Of a stretch of DNA of 45,264 nt, positions 17,965-27,153 are shown one piece after another; position 1 is the stretch's first letter; each line of letters starts with the position of its first letter. The DNA is from Candidatus Shapirobacteria bacterium (GTDB lineage: Bacteria; Patescibacteriota; Microgenomatia; UBA12405). The stretch spans positions 1 to 45,264 of the forward strand of contig JBAZWK010000003.1 in assembly GCA_041660365.1 (NCBI GenBank). The letters are read 5' to 3'. The notes under the pieces are model-generated. The model saw only the letters and a list, made by a program, of their open reading frames with translations, did no database searches and was not told the DNA's origin. The translations under genes were made by a program, and so were the position numbers.

Positions 17965-19290
17965 ATGGAATTTTTAGGCGACCAAGGTCGTGATGTTTTA
18001 ATTGTTCGTGATTTCTTGAAAAAAGGCGACCTCTTTTTTATTGGTCCCCAAACCAGCATCGGCAATATGTATCTTGGCCCTTTTTACTATTATTTGATTG
18101 CTCCAGCCCTACTTTTAGCCAATTTTAATCCGGTCGGCCCGGCTATTTTCGTGGCTTTGCTTTCTGTCGCCACTGCTTATTTAATTTATTTTGTGGCTAA
18201 AAAATGGTTTAATCCAAAAACTGCCTATCTTGCGGCTTTTTTATATGCTGTTTCCCCAACTGCTATTAAATATGGTAATTTTTCCTGGAATCCGAACATT
18301 ATGCCCTTTTTTGCTCTGCTCTTTATCTACCTTATGACTGAGAAACGCTACCTGTGGGCCTCCGTCGCCTTTGCTATGTGTCTTAATTCTCATTATCTGG
18401 CTCTTTTACTTCTCCCCGTCGCTCTTATTATTTGGTTAAAAGATTATTCCAAAAAATCCATCAAACCAACTCTTTTTGCCATCCTAATTTTTATAACTTC
18501 TCTTATCCCCCAAATTCTTTTTGATCTTAAACATCAGGGTCAAAATATTAATGCTTTAATAACTTTTTTTTCCCAAAGGGAAACCACCGTTAATCTAAAA
18601 GTCTATAAATCTCTACCAATTATTCCCGAACTTTTTAATCAAATTAATACCAGTCTTTTGGCCGGTAAAAATATCACTTTTGGTATTATTATCTCTATTA
18701 TCCTGTTCTTGGGTTTAATTTATTTGTTATTTAAACATCGCTCCGAAAAGTTTATTTATTGCTTATTGTGGTATTTAATTGGTTTAGTCGGTCTAGGCCT
18801 TTATAAGCAACATATTTATGATCACTATTTTGGTTTTTTGTTTCCAGTGCTTTTTATCTTAATGGGCTATCTATTAAGCAAAATTCCTAAACTACTATCT
18901 ATTCCTCTATTTATCTTCTTAACCTTCTTCTCTCTTCTTCAAAATCCCTTCCGTTGGGCGCCAAATAATCAATTATCAACGACTTCTCAAGTCGCTAACT
19001 ATATTATTTCCAAATCCGATCATCAAAATTTTAATTATGCCCTGCTTTCAAAAATGGGTTGGGGCTTTTCTTATTATATCTTTGACAATAAAAATTATTT
19101 TGATCTTAAAGATAAAATCACTGACCAACTTTTTGTGGTCTGTGTTCCTTTTCAAATTGACTGTCAGCCTATCAATAACCCCGAGTGGGGTGTCGCCGCT
19201 TTTGGCTGGGCCAAAATTGATTGGCAAACGGAGGTAAACGGGATAAAAATATATAGATTAGTTCATAATCCCAGTGGCACGAAACAATAA
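17965..19290 (+). CDS. Polytopic GT-C-like membrane protein, family A, lacking the N-terminal TM helix of its paralogs
   Basis: ATG 17965 is preferred ('MEFLGDQGRDVLIV..'). TTG 17923 is possible, and a TAG lies directly upstream at 17920-17922. It shares 'DQ...IGP..S.G..Y.GP.YYY' with the ORFs at 19274 and 22794 and has many TM helices. Confidence 0.6.
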   Translation: MEFLGDQGRDVLIVRDFLKKGDLFFIGPQTSIGNMYLGPFYYYLIAPALLLANFNPVGPAIFVALLSVATAYLIYFVAKKWFNPKTAYLAAFLYAVSPTAIKYGNFSWNPNIMPFFALLFIYLMTEKRYLWASVAFAMCLNSHYLALLLLPVALIIWLKDYSKKSIKPTLFAILIFITSLIPQILFDLKHQGQNINALITFFSQRETTVNLKVYKSLPIIPELFNQINTSLLAGKNITFGIIISIILFLGLIYLLFKHRSEKFIYCLLWYLIGLVGLGLYKQHIYDHYFGFLFPVLFILMGYLLSKIPKLLSIPLFIFLTFFSLLQNPFRWAPNNQLSTTSQVANYIISKSDHQNFNYALLSKMGWGFSYYIFDNKNYFDLKDKITDQLFVVCVPFQIDCQPINNPEWGVAAFGWAKIDWQTEVNGIKIYRLVHNPSGTKQ

Positions 19291-20593
19291 GCTGTTAATT
19301 ATCATCATTGCGGTTTTTAGTTTAATAATTTGTTTACTTGAACTCAGTAAGGGCTATACCTTCGAGTGGGATCAGGCCGACGACGCCGCCAAAGTTTTTT
19401 CTATTATTCAACTCCAAAAACCACTTTTAATTGGTCCTCGTGTCGCGAATGATAATGGTTTTTTTATTGGTCCCTACCATTACTACTTTTTACTGCCTTT
19501 TTACTTGCTAACCCGGGGTGACCCTCTTGCTGGCGTTTATGCCCTGCTTTTTGTTAATGTTTTGACGCCAATAATTTACTTTCTTCTTGCTAAAAAAATA
19601 TTTAATCAAAAAATAGCCCTACTTTCGGCTTTAATCCTTCCACTTTGCCTTGGCAAGATTTGCTGGAATATCATGTATGCCCCTCTAATTTCTATCACCG
19701 CTTTTTATATCTGTTATCAGGCCATAAATAAACGCTTTAGTTTTCCCTTAGCTATGCTCTTTGCCGCTTTTGTGGCTAATGTTCATTTAGTTCCGGCCTC
19801 ATTAACTCCAATTATTATTTTATCTTTTCTTTTGGCTAAAAATAAACCCAAAACTAAAGAAATAATTCTTGGTCTTCTCCTTTTTTGTCTGCCCTTCTTA
19901 CCTCTGATTATTTTTGATCTTCGGCACAATTTTTTAAATCTCAATAAATTATTACAAATGCTTTTTGGTCATTCTGACCAAAATACCCTAACTTATGGCT
20001 ATATTTGGCTACGTTCTTTTTGGCGCAGTTTAAATATTATTGGCTTATTCCCAGTCTTACTGGAACGCCTATTTTTCCTTCTAATTTTAATAATTTTTCC
20101 CTTCTTTATCACTGGGCGTAAAAATAAAATTTTAGTTATTGTTTGGTTATTGTTACCCTTGGCAGCCTTATCACAATATAAGGGTACTGTTTCCGAATAT
20201 TATTACGGTATGTTAACTTCTCTTTTACCTTTATTTTTAGCCTATCTTGTTTTTAAATCAAAAAGGCCAATTCTATTTATTGTTCCACTTGTTTTTTTAA
20301 TATTATTTTCGATCCTTAAAATATCTCAATTACCTAGATCGTTGATTACCCTTAATGACAAAAAGGCTGTTGTTGATTATTTGGTCAATCAAAAAAAAGA
20401 CCAACCCTTTAATCTTTCCTATGAAACTGGCCTGGGCTTTGATTTTGGCTTTGATTATCTTTTTAATTATCGGGGTAACCCACCCAAAAATGTTGATAAT
20501 GCCCATCTTTACACACTATTTTTAAACAGTCATTATCCTCCTCAAAGCAATATTGTTTTTCAAAAAAGTATCTATTTATTAGTTAGAAGGTGA
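19274..20593 (+). CDS. Polytopic GT-C-like membrane protein, family A
   Basis: GTG start at 19274. TM1 is followed by 'WDQADDAAKV..LLIGPRVANDNGFFIGPYHYY', then roughly 10 or more TM helices and a C-terminal soluble tail. Confidence 0.65.
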   Translation: MARNNKLLIIIIAVFSLIICLLELSKGYTFEWDQADDAAKVFSIIQLQKPLLIGPRVANDNGFFIGPYHYYFLLPFYLLTRGDPLAGVYALLFVNVLTPIIYFLLAKKIFNQKIALLSALILPLCLGKICWNIMYAPLISITAFYICYQAINKRFSFPLAMLFAAFVANVHLVPASLTPIIILSFLLAKNKPKTKEIILGLLLFCLPFLPLIIFDLRHNFLNLNKLLQMLFGHSDQNTLTYGYIWLRSFWRSLNIIGLFPVLLERLFFLLILIIFPFFITGRKNKILVIVWLLLPLAALSQYKGTVSEYYYGMLTSLLPLFLAYLVFKSKRPILFIVPLVFLILFSILKISQLPRSLITLNDKKAVVDYLVNQKKDQPFNLSYETGLGFDFGFDYLFNYRGNPPKNVDNAHLYTLFLNSHYPPQSNIVFQKSIYLLVRR

Positions 20594-20618
20594 TTAAGCT
20601 ATAATAAAATTAATATTT

Positions 20619-21386
20619 ATGAATCAAACTTTATCGATTGTCATTCCCTGTTATAACGAAGAGAATAATCTCAAGAGAGGGGTCCTAGATGAAGTAGCCG
20701 ACTTTCTTAAAACAGTTGATTTTGAATGGGAAGTTATTATTGCTAATGACGAGTCTACTGACAATAGTTTAAAAATAGCCCAGGACTTTGCTAAAAAACA
20801 CGATCATTTCAAAGTTTTAGATTTACCCCACGGTGGCAAACCCTCGGCTGTTTGGGGTGGCATTCAAAGCGCCAAATATCCTTTAGTTCTTTTTACAGAC
20901 ATGGATCAGTCCACTCCTCTCCAAGAAATTGAAAAATTATTAGCTTTTTCTGATAAATACGACGTTATTATTGGTTCCCGAGGCAAAGATCGCGATGGTA
21001 ATTCCTTACTTCGGATACTTATGTCTCGAGCCTTTCTGCTTTTTCGCCGTTTAGTTCTTTTACCAAAAATTATCGACACTCAATGTGGTTTCAAAATGTT
21101 TAAAACTGACGTGGCCAAAAAACTTTTTCCAAATCTTCAATTTTTTAAAGATAAATCTGATAAAAAGGGTTGGCGAGTTTCGGCCTTTGATGTCGAACTT
21201 CTTTTTATGGCCCAAAAATGGGGCTATCATATAAAAGAAGTCGAAGTTGTTTGGAAAAATGAAGATACTAGTAACACTAAAGGTGATAATAATGCCCGTT
21301 TTAAGAAAGAATCTCTCAATATGATTCAAGAAATAATTAGAGTCAAAAGCAATGATTTCAAAGGACTTTATGAACAAAAATCTTAA
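20619..21386 (+). CDS. GT2 (GT-A) glycosyltransferase, second Dpm1/GtrB-like polyprenyl-phosphate sugar synthase candidate
   Basis: 255 aa with 'LSIVIPCYNEENNL', 'IIANDESTDNS' and 'FTDMDQSTP' (DXD). Confidence 0.85.
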   Translation: MNQTLSIVIPCYNEENNLKRGVLDEVADFLKTVDFEWEVIIANDESTDNSLKIAQDFAKKHDHFKVLDLPHGGKPSAVWGGIQSAKYPLVLFTDMDQSTPLQEIEKLLAFSDKYDVIIGSRGKDRDGNSLLRILMSRAFLLFRRLVLLPKIIDTQCGFKMFKTDVAKKLFPNLQFFKDKSDKKGWRVSAFDVELLFMAQKWGYHIKEVEVVWKNEDTSNTKGDNNARFKKESLNMIQEIIRVKSNDFKGLYEQKS

Positions 21387-22797
21387 AAACATCCTTATAT
21401 TAGGCATAATTTGTTTAATATATTTATCTTCTAGAATCTATCGTCTAGAATCACTGCCTATTTTTGGCGATGAAGCCATTTATATTCGTTGGTCTCAAAT
21501 CATCAAAAGTGTCGACACTCTCCGCTTTATTCCTCTTACGGATGGTAAAGAACCTCTCTTTATGTGGCTGACTGCTCTTAATTTGAAATTTTTTACCCCT
21601 TTAATTGCCGGAAGATTAATTTCTGTTTTTGCCAGTCTGGGTTCTGTTATTGTTCTTTATTTGCTAACTTCCTCTTTTCTGCCTTCCTTAATTTATATTC
21701 TATTGCCCTTTACTTTCTTTTTTGACCGCCTCTCTCTGGCTGACAGTCTTTTGTCATTTTTTGGTCTTTTATCACTATATTTAACCTTAAAGTTAGCTAA
21801 ATATCCCCGTTGGGATTTATCCATAATTCTGGGTGTAGTTTTAGGTTTAGCTTGGCTGACTAAATCCCCAGCTATCTATTTTATAGTCTTAACTTTAGCT
21901 ACTTTCGTTTTTATCAATCTTAAAAATATTAAAAAAATATATTTTCCCTTATTGTCAGTACTAATTGCTTTTATTATTTATAATCTTTTGCGTCTCGGGC
22001 CCCAATTTAGTCAAATTGCCATTCGCAATCAGGATTATATCTGGCCGCTTTCTGAAATTTTAAAACATCCTTTTGATCCCTTAATTCCTCACTTAAAAGA
22101 TGTTCTTCATCTTTATTCATACTATATTTCCATACCTATACTTTTGTCCCCACTTCTATATTTTATTTTTAGAAAAAAAATAAAGTTTGATTTAAATTTT
22201 ATAGTTTATTTAGCCTGGTGGATTCTACCCTTAATTGCCAATGCGGCCATGGCAAAAGTTTTTACTGCCCGTTACATTCTTTTTACTCTTCCGCCACTGA
22301 TTCTTTTATTTTTCTATTTTTTAAAACCTCTTTTTAATAAAAAATATTTTTTAATTTTATTTCTGTTTTTTATTCCCAACTTATGGCGAATTTATCAGAT
22401 TAGTTTTTATCCCCAAAATCTAAAATTAACTTCTACTGAAAGCGGTTATGTTTCCGGGTGGACTTCGGGCTGGGGGATAAAAGAAGACGCTGATTATTTA
22501 ATCTCCCGTTCCAAAACGGCTAATATTATTGTTGGTACCGAGGGGGCTTTTGGCACTCTACCGGACGGTTTACAGATCTATACCAATCAGATCCCTTATC
22601 TTACCGTTTTTGGTGTTGGTATCGATATTACCCAAATTCCGCCTAAATTAATCGATGCCCAGAATCACGGTGATGAAGTTTACCTACTTTTCAACGCCTC
22701 TCGTCTTAAACTTAGTTCTCTTGATATGGCCAAGTTAACTTTAGTCAAAAGCACCTCAAAACCTGACGGCGACAAGCTAGTTCTCTATCGCTTATGA
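21370..22797 (+). CDS. ArnT/PMT-like GT-C glycosyltransferase, family B
   Basis: ATG 21370 ('MNKNLKNILILG'); 21352 is an alternative. The first loop has 'LPIFGDEAIYIRW' plus 'KEPLFMWL', as in the ArnT/PMT_2-type DE motif. It is polytopic with a C-terminal soluble domain. Confidence 0.75.
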   Translation: MNKNLKNILILGIICLIYLSSRIYRLESLPIFGDEAIYIRWSQIIKSVDTLRFIPLTDGKEPLFMWLTALNLKFFTPLIAGRLISVFASLGSVIVLYLLTSSFLPSLIYILLPFTFFFDRLSLADSLLSFFGLLSLYLTLKLAKYPRWDLSIILGVVLGLAWLTKSPAIYFIVLTLATFVFINLKNIKKIYFPLLSVLIAFIIYNLLRLGPQFSQIAIRNQDYIWPLSEILKHPFDPLIPHLKDVLHLYSYYISIPILLSPLLYFIFRKKIKFDLNFIVYLAWWILPLIANAAMAKVFTARYILFTLPPLILLFFYFLKPLFNKKYFLILFLFFIPNLWRIYQISFYPQNLKLTSTESGYVSGWTSGWGIKEDADYLISRSKTANIIVGTEGAFGTLPDGLQIYTNQIPYLTVFGVGIDITQIPPKLIDAQNHGDEVYLLFNASRLKLSSLDMAKLTLVKSTSKPDGDKLVLYRL

Positions 22798-23978
22798 AAC
22801 GTTTTTTACCATTAATTTTCATTTTCATTTTTGCTTTAATTTATTTTATTCCTAGGTTATTGAACCTTTCTCAAAATATACAATTTCGCTCTGACCAAGC
22901 TCTGCATCTTCTTGAAGTTAAACAAATGGTCGATTCCCATCAGCTTCGTTTAATTGGCCCGGCGGTTACTTCCAAAACTTTAAATGGGCGTCAATTCTTT
23001 ATCGGGTCAACTTATTATTATTTTTTGGCTACTTTAGGCTTAATTTTTAGTTGGTCGCCTTTAAATATTACTTTTGCTCTTATTGTTTTTGAATTTATTT
23101 TTTATGCTATTTTTATTAATTATTTGCGTCAACATTTTGGTTATTTCTCCTCAATCCTTGTCGCCCTGGTTGTTTCTTTTTCACCCTATTTAATTTTTCA
23201 CAGTTTCTTTTTTTGGAATCCTCATTTTTTAATTCCACTTTCTATTTTATTTATAATTTTTCGTAAAAACCCTTATCTTTCGGCCTTTATTTGGGGTCTA
23301 GCACTAAGTTTTCACTATTCCGCTATCTTTTGGCTTATACCCTTTATAATTTTTAGATTTAACAACCACCAATTTAAATTTAAAACATTTTTACTTTCAG
23401 TTCTTCTTTTTTTATGTGCCAATTTACCCTTCATTTTTTTCGAATTGCGTCACCAATTTTATAATCTCAAAACAATATTATTAATTCTTAGTCATTCTTC
23501 CAGTTCTTTTGAGCTTACTCCTCACTACTTTGTTTTTTCATTACTGATTTTTTTAATTTTCTTTTTGCTTTATTTAAGTCAAAAAACACATCTTCCCTTT
23601 TATCTATTATTGATGATCTTTCTTTTTTTTAATGATTCGGCTTCCACATTGAATTATCATGGTCTTAATTATCCAACACAACTAAAAATAACCCAATCTA
23701 TCGCCAATAATTGCCCTATAACCAAATATAATATTGCCAGTACTAACCAAGGTGACACCCGAGCTTATGATTTGCGTTATTTATTAACCATTAATCATTG
23801 CTCTCCGGATACTGTTGATAATTATCCCAAGGATCAAACAATATTTTTAATTGCTCCATCCTCACGGCCGCCATTAACAGAAAGCGTTTGGGAAATTTCT
23901 TCCTTCAAGCCTTTTAAGGTCAATAAAACAGAAAAATTAAATAATGACTTGTTTCTATATCGCCTCGATAAATCCTGA
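22794..23978 (+). CDS. Polytopic GT-C-like membrane protein, family A
   Basis: TM1 is followed by 'RSDQALHLLEV..LIGPAVTSKTLNGRQFFIGSTYYYF'. The start overlaps the upstream stop in ATGA. Confidence 0.65.
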   Translation: MKRFLPLIFIFIFALIYFIPRLLNLSQNIQFRSDQALHLLEVKQMVDSHQLRLIGPAVTSKTLNGRQFFIGSTYYYFLATLGLIFSWSPLNITFALIVFEFIFYAIFINYLRQHFGYFSSILVALVVSFSPYLIFHSFFFWNPHFLIPLSILFIIFRKNPYLSAFIWGLALSFHYSAIFWLIPFIIFRFNNHQFKFKTFLLSVLLFLCANLPFIFFELRHQFYNLKTILLILSHSSSSFELTPHYFVFSLLIFLIFFLLYLSQKTHLPFYLLLMIFLFFNDSASTLNYHGLNYPTQLKITQSIANNCPITKYNIASTNQGDTRAYDLRYLLTINHCSPDTVDNYPKDQTIFLIAPSSRPPLTESVWEISSFKPFKVNKTEKLNNDLFLYRLDKS

Positions 23979-24001
23979 GGCTTTCATAGTAAAATAAAAG
24001 T

Positions 24002-25732
24002 ATGTTAGCCAAATTGATTAAATTAACTAAAAAGCGCTTCTTTTGGCCACTATTGCTAATAGTCCTAGTTGTTCCCACTTTTACTTTTCTTCTTAAACCC
24101 GGTCTGTATTGGAATATGCACGACGATATGCAGATGGTCAGACAATTAGAAATGGAAAAATGTCTTAAAGACGGCCAAGTTCCTTGTCGATGGACTCCAG
24201 ATCTTGGTTATGAATATGGCTATCCTTTATTTAATTTTTATCCCCCTCTGCCCTATATTGTCGGTCAATTTTTCCGCGGTATCGGTTTCACTTTTATGGG
24301 TGCGGTCAAATCAAGCACTATCGTTTTAATTATTACCTCCACATTAGCCATGTATTTGTTAGCTAACAGCCTTAGTGGGCCCATTGGTGGCTTTCTGGCG
24401 GCTCTATTTTATGCCTATGTCCCGTATCATGCGGTCGATATTTATGTTCGTGGTGCCATGAATGAAGCTTGGGCAACTCTCTTTTTCCCTTTGATTTTTT
24501 ATTTTTCTAAAAAACTACTTACTTCCAAACTAAATACTATCTATCTACTCCTCTTGTCCCTTTCCTGGACAGGGCTTTTACTCTCCCATAATCCCATGGC
24601 CATGACCTTTGTTTTCTTTTTCGCGCCTTGGTGTCTTTATTGGTATCTTAAGGAATATCATCATTTTCAAATTAAGCCAATTTTGTCTCTTTTTGCTTCT
24701 GGCCTTTTAGCATTAGCCTTAGCTGCTTTTTTTACCTTACCGGTTCTTTTTGAATCTAAATTAGTTCAAATTGAATCTATGTTTGAAAATTATTATTACT
24801 ATTCTGTTCATTTTGTCAGTTTTAAACAGTTGTTTTTCAGTAATTTTTGGGGTGATGGCCCTTCAGTTTGGGGTACCTTCGATGGTATGTCCTATGCCCT
24901 TGGTTTTCTTCATTGGTTTTTACCCTTACTTATGGCTATTTATTTTATTTACTTTTCTGTTAAAAAGAAAAATTTAAAAGAATCTTTTTTACCTCTGATG
25001 ATTATTCTTTTAGCTTTTATGGCAACTTTTATGAGCCACGAGCGTTCCACTTTTATTTGGCAGCATTTATCATTTATTCAAAAAATTCAATTTCCTTGGC
25101 GTTTTCTTAACCACTCTGCCTTTCTTTTTTCCCTGTCTTTAGCCTTTTTACCTTCACTACTTAAGAAAATTTCTTCTCGAATTTATTCCATTTTAATTCC
25201 CATTATTATTTTGGCCCTTATATTATTAAATTATAAATATTTTTTTCCGGTTACCTTTGGCCCTTTGACTGATGCTCAAAAATTTTCCGGCCTAGCTTGG
25301 AGCAATCAAACCACCTCCGGCATCTACGATTATTTACCGAAAACTGCCGCCACCGCCCCAAAATCTAAAGCTGCCGAAATTATTGATGCAGTTAGTCCTA
25401 GTGATACCCAATATCAACTTCAAAGTTACCAAAAAGGCACGGATTGGTGGTTATTTAATTTAAAAAATGACATGGCTGCTAAATTTACTTTAGCCACCCT
25501 TTATTTCCCCAACTTTGAAATTTTAGATAATCAACAAAAGCTTGATTATCAAATTGAGCCAAACTTAGGCCGAATTGTTCTTAATCTAAATCCTGGTCAA
25601 CATCAAATTTATTTAAAATTTACTGATACTCCTATCCGTCGTTTTAGTAATTATTTATCCTTATTTACCTGGATTTTTATTCTGGTCTATTTTATTAAAC
25701 ACTTATGGAATCTCAAGAAGTTGAAAAAATAA
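24002..25732 (+). CDS. Large polytopic membrane protein, family C (paralog of 42092-43696)
   Basis: 576 aa with 'HDDMQMVRQLEMEKCLKDGQVPCRW..GYEYGYPLFNFYPPLPY' and 'QFPWRFL'. A C-terminal beta-rich domain ends in a final TM helix. Confidence 0.65.
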   Translation: MLAKLIKLTKKRFFWPLLLIVLVVPTFTFLLKPGLYWNMHDDMQMVRQLEMEKCLKDGQVPCRWTPDLGYEYGYPLFNFYPPLPYIVGQFFRGIGFTFMGAVKSSTIVLIITSTLAMYLLANSLSGPIGGFLAALFYAYVPYHAVDIYVRGAMNEAWATLFFPLIFYFSKKLLTSKLNTIYLLLLSLSWTGLLLSHNPMAMTFVFFFAPWCLYWYLKEYHHFQIKPILSLFASGLLALALAAFFTLPVLFESKLVQIESMFENYYYYSVHFVSFKQLFFSNFWGDGPSVWGTFDGMSYALGFLHWFLPLLMAIYFIYFSVKKKNLKESFLPLMIILLAFMATFMSHERSTFIWQHLSFIQKIQFPWRFLNHSAFLFSLSLAFLPSLLKKISSRIYSILIPIIILALILLNYKYFFPVTFGPLTDAQKFSGLAWSNQTTSGIYDYLPKTAATAPKSKAAEIIDAVSPSDTQYQLQSYQKGTDWWLFNLKNDMAAKFTLATLYFPNFEILDNQQKLDYQIEPNLGRIVLNLNPGQHQIYLKFTDTPIRRFSNYLSLFTWIFILVYFIKHLWNLKKLKK

Positions 25733-27153
25733 AAACTCAAACTACTACCAATATTCTTTTTTTAACTCTCAGAAATTTTGGGATTCAAGGTATTTCTGCC
25801 TTAGGTTTCTTTTTATTGTCAGTGCTTTTAGGTACCGGTGATGTTGGTCTTTTTGCTATTGTCGCTGAATCTATCAGTATCTTAGGTTATTTCTCTGATG
25901 TTGGTTTAGCCTCGGCCCTAATTCAACAAAAAGAAGAACCAGATACAGCTTCTCTTCGAACTACCTTTACTATTCAACAAATTTTAGTTTTTATCTGTCT
26001 GACTGCTGTGGCTATTTTTTACCCTCACCTCAGTCAATCCAAAGGCTACGGTTCCAAAGAACTTTGGATTATGCTTTCTCTTTGTTTTTCTTTTGTGGTT
26101 GCCTCACTTAAAACCTTACCTTCAGTCAAATTAGAACGTCACCTTAATTTTAAATTAATCTCCACTATCGACATCATTGAAAACACTCTTTTTTATCTTA
26201 TTGCTGTGATTTTCGCCTATTTAGGTTTTGGCGCCTATTCCTACGCCATTGCCACCTTTATCAAAAGTGCAGTTGGCCTAATTGTTATTTATTCTTTTTC
26301 ACCTTGGCCGATCGGTTTTGCTTTTTCATGGAAAACTACTAAAAAACTATTTTCTTTTGGCATTCCTTACCAACTCAACTCTTTAATTTCCATGGCCAAA
26401 GACCGTTTTTCCAATTTATTTGTCGCTGGTATTTTAGGCCGAAGTTCTTTTGGTTTACTCTCCTGGGCTCAAAAAGGCCCTCGGATTCCCCTCAGTTTCA
26501 TGGATGCTATTATGAGGGTTACTTTTCCCACCTTTTCCCGTCTTCAAGACGAAAAAGAATTTCTTAAAAAGTCTTTAGAAAAAAGTACCTTTTTTATTTC
26601 CTTTATCGTTTTTCCCAGTTTAGTCGGTCTCTGTTTTATTGCTCCTGATTTTATTAATTTAATCCCTAAATACGGTAAATGGGCTCCGGCCTTAATTCCT
26701 ATGTATTTTTATGCCGCTTCCTACGCCATCGCCTCGGTTACCACCCCGATTACTAATGCCTTTAATGCCACTGGAAAAATAAAAATCACCACCAAATTGA
26801 TGGTTATGTGGACTGTCTTAACCTGGATATTTTTTCCTATTTTAAGTATTAAGTTTGGATATATTGGTACTTCAGTTGCTGCCCTAATTGTTGGTCTGAG
26901 TTCTTTTATTGTCTGGCACTTAGCCGACAAGTATTTTCAGGTTAATATCTTTAAAACTATTCTCCACCCTTTAGTTGCTTCCCTTATTATGCTGTCTATT
27001 CTCCTCTCGATATCATTTTTATCGCTCAATCCAATACTAGCCATTATTACTAAAGTTGTTTCAGCCCTTTCCATTTATGCTCTTTATCAATACATTTTTA
27101 ACCGTCGGGAAATGCTATGGTTTTACCAACAACTTCTAAAAATCAAAAAATAA
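25705..27153 (+). CDS. MOP-superfamily polysaccharide/oligosaccharide flippase (Wzx-like)
   Basis: 482 aa with about 12-14 TM helices. The N-terminus 'LRNFGIQGISALGFFLLSVLLGTGDVGLFAIVAE..DVGLASALIQ' is typical of Polysacc_synt/Wzx proteins. Confidence 0.8.
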   Translation: MESQEVEKIKTQTTTNILFLTLRNFGIQGISALGFFLLSVLLGTGDVGLFAIVAESISILGYFSDVGLASALIQQKEEPDTASLRTTFTIQQILVFICLTAVAIFYPHLSQSKGYGSKELWIMLSLCFSFVVASLKTLPSVKLERHLNFKLISTIDIIENTLFYLIAVIFAYLGFGAYSYAIATFIKSAVGLIVIYSFSPWPIGFAFSWKTTKKLFSFGIPYQLNSLISMAKDRFSNLFVAGILGRSSFGLLSWAQKGPRIPLSFMDAIMRVTFPTFSRLQDEKEFLKKSLEKSTFFISFIVFPSLVGLCFIAPDFINLIPKYGKWAPALIPMYFYAASYAIASVTTPITNAFNATGKIKITTKLMVMWTVLTWIFFPILSIKFGYIGTSVAALIVGLSSFIVWHLADKYFQVNIFKTILHPLVASLIMLSILLSISFLSLNPILAIITKVVSALSIYALYQYIFNRREMLWFYQQLLKIKK

